Shown piece after piece: positions 41,151 to 54,811 of a stretch of 64,000 bases of DNA. The notes beneath the pieces are model-generated. The model was not told the DNA's origin, ran no database searches, and was given only the letters and a program-made list of their open reading frames with translations. The position numbers and the translations under genes were made by a program. Origin of the DNA: Lama glama (lineage: Eukaryota); NCBI GenBank assembly GCA_028534125.1, contig CM052816.1, positions 45,448,001 to 45,512,000 on the forward strand. The letters run 5' to 3'. The first letter of the stretch is position 1; each line of letters begins with the position of its first letter.

Positions 41151-42023
41151 CTAGGAACAAATCAAAATCTATGCAAACGCAGTCACAGAGTGCATTACTC
41201 CTGCAGCTAAGACCGAATGTGTTACCACTGTGCCCAAGCGTACCTCTTCATCCAAACCACGGGACTTACTTTCCCACTGATAATGCTGAAAATAACCAAT
41301 TCTCCCCATTGCAGCTAAGAAATTAAAGCCAGAATTTACGTGGCATTATTTGACCATATTCTATCCAATACTGATTAAATATGTATTGAGGTATAATTCC
41401 TGATATTATGTATCAGGAATGTGAAAAGAAGTTAACATTTTTCCGCCTATTATGCAACAGAAATATGAAAATAAAAATTATAGAAAACCTTGCCTTCAAG
41501 TAAACATTCATTTATCTTTTAACAAGAATCCTCTTAAATGAAAAACACTACTGCTAGGAATGGTTGCTACTATACAAGTAAAAGGCAAGAGATACTGTAA
41601 AAGGTAGTATATATACATGTACATATGTGCATACCAAGTGCATGTACATGATGAACATTCAGAAGATGTGTACCATATAGTACTAAGTTGCAAGCAAAAT
41701 TTTGGTAATCCAGCTCTCCCTAACAGAAAATGGTTGTATATGTGGCATGATCAGAGAATAGTAAATAAGATGAAGTGATGACTTACATAATCTGGTATCT
41801 GTATGGCACTTTATAAAGTATAAAATGTTCAAGGTAGCCCTACATTATGCTCAAAAACCAAGTGTAAGTCACAGATTAGGAACTAGAGCATCTGAACACT
41901 GACATGCCAAATTCCCCACCACCTTCTATCAACATTTCATCCTGTCTCTACCATTTTATGAATTCAAATTATACACTGTATAGACACACAGGATATTGTA
42001 TTTCCATATATATTCAAACATAC

Positions 42024-42141
42024 CTGTTTGGCTGCCTTGAAACAATAAGATGCAGTGTGTTTTTATCAGCTCCTTCACCCAGCTCTAGTCCACTCTGGGA
42101 CTCCTCACTGAATCCTATGATGCCATTGTGAAGATCACTCC
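42024..42141 (-). CDS. ADGRV1: ADGRV1 exon (~75), 118 nt: GSDLHNGIIGFSEESQSGLELGEG...VSRQPN(R)
   Basis: Translated by hand; tttcag|GG acceptor, CAG|gtatgt donor. Confidence 0.93.
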
Positions 42142-42873
42142 CTGAAAAGAAAAATAGAGAGTTATAAACTGGAAAGTATAACAATGAGTTTAAGCTGGAA
42201 TGAACTTAGGGCCCACACTACACTGAAATAATCACTCCAAAACCTTGCCAATATACAAGCGAGCTTCTCACAAGAGAGAAATACCAGTCATCGGCTCCTG
42301 CTGCTTTTTATTTCTCAGTGACCCAGGTTTGCAAAGTGATCCTAAAACAAATCAGCCTCAAAACCTACCTGTACCCCTCACCCTGGAACTCCTGAGGTTT
42401 CACGTAGGCAGTACCTCTGTAAGAAAACAGAAACCCACTGAAGTGTCCCAAAGAGGGAGAGCTAGTGGTCACCAGCCCCTACTTCACAGGTCTGAAGTGT
42501 GAGCAACATGGAGCCAGCAGCTCAGGGTCGTGCACTTGACTGACCACTTTCATCCTGGGGTCTCGTGTGTGTTCTGTCTCAGCCAGACTGCCCATCCTCA
42601 CCCTCAGCACTGAACCACTACGAAAAGCCAGATGAGACGATGGGAACATTGCAGACAGAGTAAAGAAACTTAGGGTACATGACATGCAAAAGTGCTGGTG
42701 ACACTGTCAGGTAAATCATATCACGTGACACCAAGAGGAGTCAATCATTTGCTGTGTGTGTTTGCCACGTGTTATGTAGGGAAGGTAAACGTTAGGGAAC
42801 TTAGTCGAGGCTCAACTGACTGATGAGTTAGGCTCAGAGCTGATAAATGGGAATTTGCCTGGAGAGTTAGGCT

Positions 42874-43158
42874 CAGAGGTGATAAGTGGGTAGGCACCGA
42901 TATGCTGTACTGGTATAGTACTGGCATGCCATACTGGTATGTGCTGGTATGCCCAGCTGACTGAGGAGCAGCTGGACCACAGCTGCTGTCCTGAGTCCCT
43001 AAAGAACCCTCTGCCACCATCCTAACCAATATAAGATTTTCCTATGATCTAGTAACTAACAGGGTAATATTTGGGACAGCCAAAAGCCTCCAGCAACCAA
43101 TGTGATTGGTCTCTGCCTCTGCCAAACAAACTGCTAAATATTTTGACTGTCAGCTCTG
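42874..43158. mobile_element. MER63-like hAT-Blackjack element
   Basis: Ends CAGAGGTGATA...GGTAGGCACC and TAAATATTTTGACTGTCAGCTCTG form imperfect terminal inverted repeats resembling MER63. Confidence 0.5.
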
Positions 43159-44388
43159 GTCTTATTTAAGCTACTGTAATAAAATATCTGTGTCATGGAA
43201 TTGGGGGAGGAGGCTGCTCAGTGCCAAAATAATTTTAATAGAAATACAAAGACGGCATTAAGCTATTGTGACTCAAAATCAGTAAGTAACTTGGAGAACA
43301 GAATTCACAATATTCAATAAACTGGAGAAATAAAAATAAATGAAAATTCGAATTGGTGTAAATTTACAGAGTAACACAAATGGCACACTGCTGGGTGTAG
43401 AAGGAATTACACAATTGTAAACTTACGACTGAATTATAACTGAATGGCCAAAATAAAATTCTAGGAAGTATCAAATCCTAAAAGTGGATCATAAACATAT
43501 TTATTCTAAAAATTTTCTTTTTTAAAAAAAGAAACATAAGGCTAAGATACTAAGTGATTTAATCAACATCTCTTAATTACTGGCTGAGCTGGGCCAAAAA
43601 TATAGGCTTCCTAATTTTTAGTTTTCTTTCCATTATACTGTTTTATAATAGCATCATCAGAAACTCCAAAATACTGTGTAGAACTCATAAATGTCTGCAT
43701 AAAAGAGCAGAGCAGGCAAGACTCCTACATGACAATGCCTTGTCAATACTCTAATTAGTATAAGGTATTGACAAGTTGAGCTCATCCACTTAAAGAAATA
43801 CAGTATGATTTCAGAGGAAAACTGCAAATTATCACTAAAAAATTTTATAACATACATGAGGAACTCTTTAAAAAATCACTGACCCATACACACGTACAAA
43901 AGTTATATAAACCACACTGGTTCAAAAGGAGAACAGAAGAAAATAGTTTAAATCTATTTTCCAACAAATATAGAATTTCTGACAATGAGATCTTAGACTT
44001 TGGGATGATTTAGCGAAAGTGGTTAGGAAATTCAAAACGAGGTTTCTAAACAGGACAGGCAATCATGTGTGGATGATTAACTATTTTCCAGAGGAAAAAC
44101 ATGAACTTAAGTATTTTCAAGGCTTTCCCTGTACTGTGAAAGTACAGATTTATAGATTGTTCACTGGCTCTGAGCTACATGACATTTACAGCCCATTAAA
44201 TTCTAGCCTGGCACCTCAGAACAACACCATGAGTTCATTACATGGGTTCAAGACATAGGAAAACAGTTTTAATGCTTTACTATCAGTGATTCAAGTAATT
44301 CACCCTCTTAAATTTAAGACAGAATGATCTTACTACAAATCCTGTACCACAAAAGTTCATTTTTATCTCCATCATTCCAAAGATATAC

Positions 44389-45482
44389 CTGTGATAATGA
44401 TCATGGCAAAAGCTGCAAACCCCGTGTCATCCTTTCCCTTCACAATCCGCGCACCCCCTCGTGGGTCTGTGAGAAACACGTAGAAGAATTCCTGTCCCTC
44501 AGGCTCGTCATCATCTAAAATTTGAACCAACACATTATGTTCTCTTTCTCCATCTACAAATGTAAGGATAAGGGTTTGCTCTTGAAAATCTTCCTCTTCA
44601 GTTGCCCATGTTAGGTTGGAAATCGTAGAGGTGTCAGGAAAGGGCAATGCATTCGGTTCCTTCTGAGCAGACCTTTCACCAAAAGTTTTAACTGTCACAC
44701 TGACATTGCCAGCAGACCCACCAGTTCTTCGGACAAGAACTTTCACAGCATTAAACGTGCCATTCTTCACTTCCTCTTCAACGTAAACAACGGGTGGCCC
44801 AAGACTAAATGTTCCCCGATCGGACACGTCTGCAGTTACAGTGGCCACGTCAGGCTTCTCAGAAGTGGCAGATGTACCAGGAAGGGCGACAAGGCTCTCA
44901 GCGGTGGCAGATACACCAGGTGCCTCTGTTTCGGTTGGCTGTGGAGTGGCAGGTGCCTTGGTGGTGTCAGGGTATGCGAGGGAGGAGGTGGCTTCTAGAG
45001 GAATGAGAGCTGTGTCAACTGCTGTGGCCACAGTTGTCTTGGGGAAAGAAACATCCATTCCTGCCAGGTCATCATTGTCCAATATTGTGACCACTGCTAC
45101 ACTGAAATCTGTATTTAGGCGTGGTCTCCAATCAGCATCGAACTTCTGTAATCCTCTAATTTCTACGGAAGTTAGATTAACATAAAAAATTTCCTCTATC
45201 TCAGGAAGCTCATCATTAATCAGAATTATTTCAATATCAGCCTCAGCTTGGAATTTCTGAAAAAGCAGCTCCCCGTTGTGAACAGGCTCAAAGTCTTCCA
45301 GGGGCTTTGCCCTTCCTGCAGTTGTCTGATAGGAAACTTTAATAAGATCCCCGTGGAACCCATACAGTCTTTGTACATGTAATCTGATCATCTGTGCATC
45401 CTCTGACACTAGGATATTTCTTGAACTAGGGGAAAATTGAAAGACTCCCATTGGTTCAATTTCAGCAACAGTGAAACCTGAC
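44389..45482 (-). CDS. ADGRV1: ADGRV1 large exon (~74), 1094 nt: Calx-beta, Ser/Thr/Pro-rich linker, Calx-beta
   Basis: Within ORF 44372..45547; ttccag|G acceptor, ACAG|gtatat donor; phase 2 to 1. Confidence 0.96.
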
Positions 45483-46173
45483 CTGGAAAAAAAAATTAAA
45501 CCATCAGAGAACTGAAGCAAAACATGAATCCCACTGTAAAGATTCATCTTTCACACAGTTAAGACGCTGCTCGTGAGGGCATCTTAAAAATGACATGCCT
45601 TTTCAAATTCTGTCAAGCCCTACTCACTTATTGATGAATACACCAGAACACGAGAAACACAAGAACAGGAGCTGTCATCGCAGGTGGCGGGTCCTCACAA
45701 GTGTCAGCAAAGGGAAGAGCTCACAGGGCTCTGGTCTGTTTCTCCTGTCACCCCACAGCAGCCCTCTGAAGGGTCTGAAGCACCAGGCTCTTTCTTATGA
45801 TCAGCACACGGGAACCAGAAACTCTCAGGATGCTCTGGATGTCAGCCAGATTTCTTATCTAACCTAATAGCAATAGTTGCCTCTACTAGACGTAAAATCC
45901 TTGTTTCTTTCTATCAGCCAGTAATGGGACTATTCTCTCACACAAGTTTTGCTAAAATTTTATACATGAATCGGTGATGACTGAGTGATTTATTCCTAGC
46001 CTTTTCGTATGGAGTTTTGTTGTGAATTACTAGTTATGTTAGAAGTAACAATGGTAGCCTATCAACCTAATCCAGACCATAGACATAATTTCTCTGGCTA
46101 ACAATTTTTTTTTCATCTAAATTTGAATATCTTTCAGGAGGACAGCTCAGAGCTCATCACTCTCTACTGTCAA

Positions 46174-46438
46174 TAGTGGTTAAGAGTTCTGATAGCAGCC
46201 AGACAGCCTGGGTTCAAATCACGGATCCAACACTTATTAGCTATGTGACTCTGGGTCCATTATATAATCTATCTGTGACTCACTTTCTTCATCTATAAAA
46301 CGGGACTAGCAATAGTATCTATGTCATATGGATGCTGTGAACAATAAGAGTAAGAGTAAACAAATATACATATTTGTTATACTCTTTGTAATGCCTGGCA
46401 TGGGGTAAGCACTGTAAAACTGTTAGCTATTATTGCTA
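46174..46438 (+). mobile_element. MIR SINE, near full length
   Basis: TAGTGGTTAAGAG...CCTGGGTTCAAATC...TAGCTATGTGAC...TTCATCTATAAAA...TGCCTGGCATG...GTTAGCTATTATT. Confidence 0.85.
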
Positions 46439-47211
46439 TTGTTAAAAGCATTTGAATTTGCTATCCTGAAATATGTTCTGTGTCCAAACACTTTTTAAAT
46501 GGTATATGTACAGTCTAAAGCCTTATTTGATCCTGCCAACCAACATCTCCCACACATAAACATGTATACAAACATACTTGAACACACACTGATTTTTTCA
46601 ACATATTTTTCCCATTTCCATAAGTAAACTGAAGAACAGAAAATCAAGGAACTTTCCCAAAGTCACACAGCAGGTAAGTGGCAGAGCCAGAACTAAATCG
46701 AGGAGTCTGGCTCTAAGATCTGCCTCGTGTTCTGATCAGTCCCATCTCACATGAGAAGGGTCAACTGCTTTTGGCCAGAACCTGTGTATCTGCAAATATA
46801 CCGACGTAAATTACACTCAACAGAACTACTGGTACAAATGACGTCATTATCCTCCTCTGATGTCTTATTCTTACTCTTTATCCCTTGGGGAAATCAGGTA
46901 TTTCTGGCTGCCTTTCAGAAGACAGGCCCCTTTAAAAACAGGTGACTTGGCCATCATGGTTCTTATCATCGGAGATGTCACTCCGGGCCAACATTCTCGA
47001 GGTAGCAAGCAGTGGGCGGTGACTTCGCGAAAGTCAGCCCTCCGTGGCATCTCTGGCACGCAGGCCATGTGTTGCTCTACACTAGAACTGTTTTTGCATC
47101 TGCTTCAAGAAGCTTCTGCTTCTCTTCTTTTTTTTTTTTTTTTTGTTTCAACTGGTAAATTCCAGCATATTCCTCAGAGGCTTTCTTGGCTAAGAATCAA
47201 GCTGTTCTTAC

Positions 47212-47347
47212 CGAAGTTGAGCCCCACCGGGGGCACTGCTTTGCACTCCTGAGAGGTGAATAACAAAAGCCTCTAGTCGCCCAGGGCTAGGAAATGTCCA
47301 CAGCAAGACTCGTTCACTTTCTTCTCCATGGGAAAAGGAAAGACTCC
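47212..47347 (-). CDS. ADGRV1: ADGRV1 exon (~73), 136 nt: GSLSFSHGEESERVLLWTFPSPG...SAPGGAQL(R)
   Basis: Translated by hand; tgtcag|GG acceptor, TCG|gtaaga donor; phase 1 to 2. Confidence 0.93.
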
Positions 47348-48013
47348 CTGACAGGGAACATGAAAAGGGGAGAAGGGTTTCATTTCTGAGCTCTTCAACT
47401 GGGATTCAGCTCTTAAAAATGTAGTGAAATATTTTCTTTTCCAAAATTCTATGACAGTCTACAAAAGGTAAAACATTTAAAAAGTCAGTGGAGGGGGGAG
47501 GTAAATAAACCTACAGGGGGCTCCCTAGAGCACACAAACCGTGCATTCAACCCCCGTCTGCTTTACAAGGTAAAGGCCAAACCATCTGACAGTTGCATCT
47601 CACAGAGCTGATGGGATAACTAAGAACTAAAGTAGCTGGAGTAACAGTTGGTCTACTGTCAGAAATATCCAGATGAAGACCCAAATGGATATAAAGGTAT
47701 GTCTCTTTTAATTACTGCATGGGCCACATTAGGTTTTCAGAAATAATTTTAACAAACTCCTCATATATAAACATACTAGTCTGCTTAGTGACCACTATTT
47801 CCAGGCGAGGTATGACGTTTTTAATTTGACTGAATAGTTTCTCTCATTCTCACCAAGCAGCCTGTACAATTCTGACCACTTATTTATAAGAGTATTGTAT
47901 TAGAAAGCAAATAGTTCAGAGTGCAGACAGAGTAAAGAGGATCCAAGAAAATCAGTGGACAATGATACATTTCTAAGTCCTATGGGGCAAGTCCTAGAAA
48001 AGCAACAACTCAC

Positions 48014-48185
48014 CCAGTTTGGGGGTCATGTTGCCAACAGCGAATTCGGGGACTTCTAACCCAAGAGCATATCCGGCCGCCCAGGAAACCTCGAGAGACC
48101 CATACGTGCCTCTCCTAGAAACCACAGCGTGGCTTGTTCCAGCACTGATGTCCGTGAGTAGAAAAGCTGTAGATTCAAATCCAAC
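48014..48185 (-). CDS. ADGRV1: ADGRV1 exon (~72), 172 nt: VGFESTAFLLTDISAGTSHAVVSRRGTYG...GNMTPKL
   Basis: Translated by hand; ccttag|GTT acceptor, CTGG|gtgagt donor; phase 0 to 1. Confidence 0.93.
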
Positions 48186-50271
48186 CTAAGGAAAAACATG
48201 CTTAGAATATTTTCTTTCTAATGGTTCTTGTTTTCTGAAGAATGAGTTAAAAATCAACTCTCTCTTCATTTACACAATATACTTCCTTGTTTTAAAATAT
48301 ATTCAATTAAAGTGTAATGTTTAAGAAAGACATCTGAGATTTGAAAATGTATTCTACTTTATAATTCTGATTGTAGTTTACAGCTCTATTTTTTATCAAA
48401 ATGTAAACCTTTGAATTAACAATATCTAAAAAGAACTGTAATTATGATTAAGTGAAAGCAAAGATTAAAATTACATTTTATTATGATTTGTTCATGCATC
48501 TTTATAGAACTTGATTTCTCTATTAACTGAAATTTGACTTCTTTCTAAGATATAATAATAAATTCTTCATTTATGAAGTGAGCACCATGAACCAGATTTT
48601 CTATTATGGTTCTTTTCAGTTATTTGATTCAATTTAATAACTTTTATTGAGGATCAAAAACCTTCAAACATCTTTTTCATCCACATCAAGTAAGATCTTG
48701 TTTTAAGGGCAACCTTCCCAGGGAACCCTAGAAGTCACAGATGATTCATAGACGAAGTAAGTTCTGGTCAAACAGTAAGAATGAAACCAGACTCCTGGCT
48801 TCACGTTGTTCTTTAGACAATTCAGTTTACCTCTTTTGGTCCTAATTTCTACAAATTTGGGAGACCACAGGATCAACAGTTCTCTTATTAAGATGCACTC
48901 TCTCCATTTTAAATTGGGATGGAGAGTTTCAGAAAAGTGTGAGAGGGTGCCACAGGACAGCTTCTGAAGCCACAAAGAAGACAAAAAAACAAACACAAAC
49001 TTCATTTGACACCAGCCTGGATTCCTACTAGAGTGAGATTTCTGCTTAGCAAGTGCCAAAATGTGTACCTGAAACCATGCCTGCTACATGGCTAGAGCTT
49101 GTATGCAAGTATCCTAGCCACATCTCTCTCTCTCACACGCACACATCACATACAAATACTGGTAAGGAGCAGAGAGGTACTCCAAGGACAGGGGTACATC
49201 GTGACTGGCCCTAATCCAGCCCTTTGAGGTGACACAGTGTTATGACAACATGTATGGACAGGGAATAGAAAACAGTTTGCTACACCAAATGAATAGTTCA
49301 GTTTGAAAGGAATCCTTTTTACAACAACCTGTTAACAAGAAGATGATAACAAAACTTCAGAGCATTATTAATTCTATACCCTCATTCCCTCTTGAACAGA
49401 GGGGCACAGGAAGAAAACAATCCCTCTCAATTATTTTTCATGCTGGTAGATTCCACTTTAGGGGACAAAGCAAATTCATTCCCTGTGGAGAAGCAGCCCA
49501 GAGGGAGCAACCAAAGAGCATTCTGTTAGCGGCCAGGTCTGCCCATACTCCCGCCCCTTCCTCTGCAGACTTGGCGCCGGCATCCTGGGCCAGGCCTGCC
49601 CTGGTCAAGCTGAAGGAACTCCCACCTGAGGGAGTAAGATGCATGCTGATACCTCATTATGATTTAAAAATCACACACGTAACCACAGCCAGAGATGGCA
49701 GCCCTGTCTGGTTCATATATTGACAGAATTGGCCTACACCAGAAGCCAGGCCCTCAAGGTGTTCGCTTTTCTCCTGTGAATTTATCAAGTGAGGAGGAAA
49801 CGATCTTTCCTAAAATGAACTCAGAAGATTCAAATGCTTAGGTGTGACCAAGACACAGGCTCTCACCACTAGCGTTCATCTACATCAGCACAAACCTGCC
49901 ACTGTAAAAACAGCCCCCAAATTAAACATTCACAATGTTAGTAAATGAAAAATATTAATTGACGTTTCATTCTAACTATTTGGCATAAAATACCTCAATA
50001 TTAAACATTCATTATCAAGAAAAAACCTGCAAGTTTTGACTCTAGATGAATGTTATTTTTAAAAATCTACATCTTACATTCAAATTCTGCAAGATTCAAA
50101 CTTTCAAAAACGTTAAAAAGGAAATACATTTTTCCACCCACTGTCAAAAACTGACAAATTACTTTCATATAGTGTATCCATAATGTCCCCCTTGACATTC
50201 ACAGGATTACTTAGGTTTAAGGAAATTGTGACTCTTAAGAAATTCTAAGAATCTTAGTCCTTCCTGTAAAA

Positions 50272-50288
50272 GCTGCCCTCTAGTGGTT
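50272..50288 (-). promoter_or_regulatory. Candidate CTCF site about 30 nt downstream of the exon ~71 donor
   Basis: Minus strand AACCACTAGAGGGCAGC matches the CTCF core; motif only. Confidence 0.5.
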
Positions 50289-50319
50289 CTGGGATAGTAC
50301 CACACCCAGGGCCAGTTAC

Positions 50320-50463
50320 CTGGGAATTGGCAGCTTTCTCAGGGACTGGAAGGACAGCGGATTTTGCTTCCTGGAGAATTTTTGGCGTGCCATAGAAACT
50401 TTCACTGACAAGCATCACAGCCACGAGTTGCAAGGTGAAATTAGAGCCCAGTGGTAGGAAGAC
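50320..50463 (-). CDS. ADGRV1: ADGRV1 exon (~71), 144 nt: VFLPLGSNFTLQLVAVML...PEKAANSQ
   Basis: Not in the ORF track, translated by hand; ttatag|GTC acceptor, CAG|gtaact donor. Confidence 0.93.
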
Positions 50464-53400
50464 CTATAAATAAACAGTATCAATAACTTTTTTAGTAGTA
50501 AAAAATGATTTTCAAAGGAAAGTATTGACATTTCACATGAGTCATTAGTTCTTGCCTTCTTTTCAATCAGTTTCATCAATATATGCACTTTTCCCCCATG
50601 TTATAAAACAAAGAGCCAGCATGAAAACTTCAGGGCTAAAAGTGACAGTCGTAGAGTAATAAAAAAACACAAATTTGCAAATTCTCCCTGTGTGCCCAAA
50701 TGACCTCAAGAATGATGGGAACCCCCGTAGTAGTGTTCGTGATGGAATCACACGCCACAGGGATGGAAAGAGCTCACTGGTGAACAGTGTCAGCTCCTGC
50801 AATCAGCAAAGTTCACTTCATTCCTTTTCAGGGAATAGGAACTAGTAACTCTAATGATATTTACTCAAAATGGATAATGATTTAGATATACAGATCTTTT
50901 GAATATTTTGGACAAGTAAAAATTACTAACACCATGTATTAGACTACCATATTTTCAAAGTTTTAGAATCCAATAAAATAAGGAAATCCTGAATCTAAAA
51001 CCTGCGTTTGCTTTAAACAACTTTTTTGACACTTGTATTACGTTTTTCCACAAATATGTTGTTATTGATGATGGAGAGGCCCCCAGTTATCCCATAACCT
51101 GGAATATTACTGAAGATTCCATGTATCTTTACTGAATGTAAAAATAACCATTTCTGTGAAATCTGTTCTTCTTTTAAATACAATGTACTGGAACATATAT
51201 CACACTCCTGAAAGTGTAAAATCTGTACTATAGTGGTTTCAAACATGCAACATGAGGAGAACAGATGTTTTTCAATCAATCTTCATTTTTTTCAAAATGA
51301 CATTCACTGAACATGAAGCACAGAGCAAGTGCTAAGGAAAAAGAAACAAATCACAGTATCCTGACTTCAATCACGTGCCTCCCTTCTCTCCTTCCCCATG
51401 CGGTTCACTGACTGGGCGGCTAAGGATTTTTTTTTTAGTTCCTATTGTCTAAAGCATAAAGGGCCAGATGTCAGCTCAAAGCACTCAGTCATTTCTGCCT
51501 TCCCGCCCAGCTTCTCTGTTCATAGACCCAGCCAGCACACAGACTTGCGCGGTGAGGCAGATCCCCAGGGTGCAGGAAGTAAACATTAACATTGAACAGG
51601 AATAACTGTGGATTTGGGGAAACGCTGGCTTGCCTATAGAGGAAAAGCAGGCAGACTAATCTGAAAAGGAACACAAAGGTTTCCAGGAGTTGAGCCTGTG
51701 TTCTGCCCTTCCATGTCCCTGATCCAGGACTACATCACCAATACGACTCTACATATTTTCCGTCATTCTTGATGGCGCCTGGGCACAAACAGAATTTACA
51801 GTCCCATAATAGCCTGTGCACATCTTGAACACTGCTCCTCCACTTGCTTTTATAACTGGTGTTAAAGGGCCTTCTCCTGCACTCGACCGGGAGCAACAAC
51901 ACGACAACCGGGATTAAGTCTTTTTCATCGTTGCCTCTGCTGGGCTTCTCACAACAGCTGACACATAGTAAGTGCTCAGTAAATATCAGAATAAATGACA
52001 ACCACGAATATAATCTTATCTTGCTTTCTAACTTACATTCTTTTAAATGCAGACATTTGTTTCTTTAGCATGCCAATGATCCTTATCGTCAGTGAGTACT
52101 TCATAAAGAAGGCTGTGTTAACTGGGGAGGGTAACTGTTCACTCCCTGGTCCTGACGTTAAACCAGCTTCGAGTCTTCCAGTTTTCAGAGCCTAATGGAA
52201 ACTATTCTGTTTCAAGACCCACTTGAAGGTCCTTCTCTGTGGCTGACTTGTTCAAAGGCTTACCTTTTATCAGGAGGGTAGAGCAGGCAAAACTGTATGT
52301 AACTTATAACTAATACCCCAAACTTTCAGGAGCAATGCGTTATATCCAGGGTGTGAGGGGAGAAAGGGACCACTGGAAAAATCTACACCTTGCCCTAAAA
52401 AGCCACCTTGGAAGACTAATTCACACAGCAACACCTAATAATCTATGTGCAGTCTAGACTACACACCCTGAAATGCAAGAGAGAGAAGAAACCCACAAAA
52501 TTTAAATATATTAATGGAAGATATTAATGTGAGCAAGTAAGAGGAAGCTCTCATGTATGCATGACCTAGTTAACTTTTATTACTCTGTTAAAAATAGAAA
52601 CGATAAAAACAAAATAGGGTTCAAAACAGATACGAAGAAATCCAAAGATAACTCAAACAGGAAGTAAGAAAGCTCAGTATCTTTATAAGCTATACCACTA
52701 AGCTTTCTAAGCGACATGAAAAGAGGACTACCAACCTTCCAAACATCCCGGGTACCACCGCAAGAGATAATCTAAAAGCTAGGCAGGTCACGGGTCTTAC
52801 TCCATGTGATCACATACTTCAGTTTTCTCATACGCAGTCTGAAACTAATTTGTATTATCTACCTTGTAAAATAATAGTGTAATTTCACTGTGGCATGCCT
52901 AACTGTCAAATGAAATCTTGCTATAAAATAATACAAAACTATTCCTAGAAAAATTAAAGGAATGCCTCCTAGTGTTCATTAGCAGAAATTTTAACCTGAA
53001 TGTGTTCAGAAGCTGATATTATTTTGACATGTATGAGAAAATGTTTAAAAGTTACATACTTTAAGCAAACTGTATTTTTAAAACTCTTTTAACTTGTAAA
53101 TACAATGATAATCTGGTTACCTTAATCCACCTCTCATTTCCCCAGCTTTGCACTCTTTATTCCAGTCTTGAGAATTTGGGGATATAGGAAATGGATACAG
53201 AAACTGATGAAACAAGGTCATGGCACTGAGTCAACTTCCCAAAGAGCTTTAGGGATGTAAGAATAACTACGGAACCCATGGCTCCATGTTTTCCATTTAT
53301 TAAGCAGCAGAAGTAAAAACCCAGAGCACAAAAGATCAAAAGTTGCATAGTAGGTACGAGTTGGTGTAATGTGCTAAAAGACAGCCTATTTTCTATTGAT

Positions 53401-54459
53401 CTTACACTTACAATGAAAGTAGGATCATCAATTACTGAGCGGGCTAAACTTTGTGAACTATAACAGGAAAACTGCTTCATTTTTCTCCTCTCACTGCTTT
53501 GTGGGGTTTCTTTGCACCACCTTTTGACAATGTTGTGGGCAGATCGCAAAGCTTCTGCTACTTTTAAGAAGGTATACACCAGATCTGTATCAATAAAAAC
53601 TTTTATCTCACATTCAGTTAAAGTTCCCCTGTTTATCCCAATTTTTGCCCGACCCACGGGTCAAGATCTACGCTGGGAAAAGGATCATGGTGTGATTTTT
53701 CAATCCTCCACTCCCACCTGTGATCTTCCAATCCATCTTCTGGCACTTGCAGGGGAAGAGGATGGTGGCTTTAAGACAGGATGACAAAAATCTTGCCTCA
53801 CTGCTGTAGCTCTTTCTTGAATAACACTGGCTGAACACCAACAGGCATCCAAATGTCTGACCTTTCATGGAATCAATTTGGGCGTTCATCAAAGACTTGT
53901 CAAGTTTTCACCATCCCTCCACAAAAACGATATACTCTTCTGAAGCCCTTTTTGACTATCTCCTAGCTTCACAATCCACCCTGCAGATTTTTCTCAAGAT
54001 GACTCCAATCTGGCAACCCTCTGGTACAGACTTTCTCAACCATGAGATAACTAATCCCCATTGCTATAATGCTTCCCACATATGAAGTAAATTACCTTCT
54101 CTCCTATGCACCTGGAATGACACTAGTTATCCTCCTGGGGGGATCAAGACAAAGAGTCATTTAAATCACTTTCAAATCACTGGGTCAGACTGAGAAAGAC
54201 TGCTAGGTATCTACATGACCCACCAGAAATCCATATACTCCTATCACTCTCACCTAAAGTGTTGGCAGAATGGTCTGCTATCCTCTCTCCTCATTACCAA
54301 ACCAACAGAAAACCACAGCTAGTTTCCCACATTCCAGAATTTCAAGGACAGAAAAGCAGATACTATGTAGCCTCCACCAAACTCCAGGGAACACATCAGT
54401 GTCTCTCATTGCACCGCCCTTTGGTAGGAACTCAAGGAAGCCTACAAATATCTTCCTTC

Positions 54460-54532
54460 CAACAAGCAACCAGGGTGTGTGGGTGTGTGGGTGTCAACAA
54501 GCAACCAGGGGTGTGTGTGTGTGTGTGTGTGT
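54460..54532. repeat. Duplicated CAACAAGCAACCAGGG unit, each copy followed by a GT-rich tract
   Basis: Read directly. Confidence 0.85.
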
Positions 54533-54811
54533 AGCATTTGGAACAATTCCTGGAACTCTGTAATCTAAGTAAGTGCCTGCTACTATCTAAACAAAAATAT
54601 TTATCTCTAAATAAGAATATACTTATTTACTTATTACTGGTAAGTACTTCAGTATATGTATTATACAATAATTACTATGCATTTTATAAGGCATTTTTTA
54701 TGCTTCCACTTAAACATCTGAGTAATATTTTAAACTGATCATGAGATTAACTAGGGCTTTCTTGAAGGAATTTTACTGGAATAATCGGGAGACTAAAGAA
54801 ATGCCACAAAC

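Noticed and set aside
41396..41420. Hairpin ATTCCTGATA-5nt-TATCAGGAAT
   Set aside because: A 10-bp AT-rich stem is too short for a pre-miRNA and is plausible by chance in 64 kb.
44809..45185. Plus-strand ORFs of 65 and 114 aa, and similar ones at 29396-29735, 54831-55273, 60414-60608 and 61130-61315
   Set aside because: They are antisense shadows of real ADGRV1 exons.
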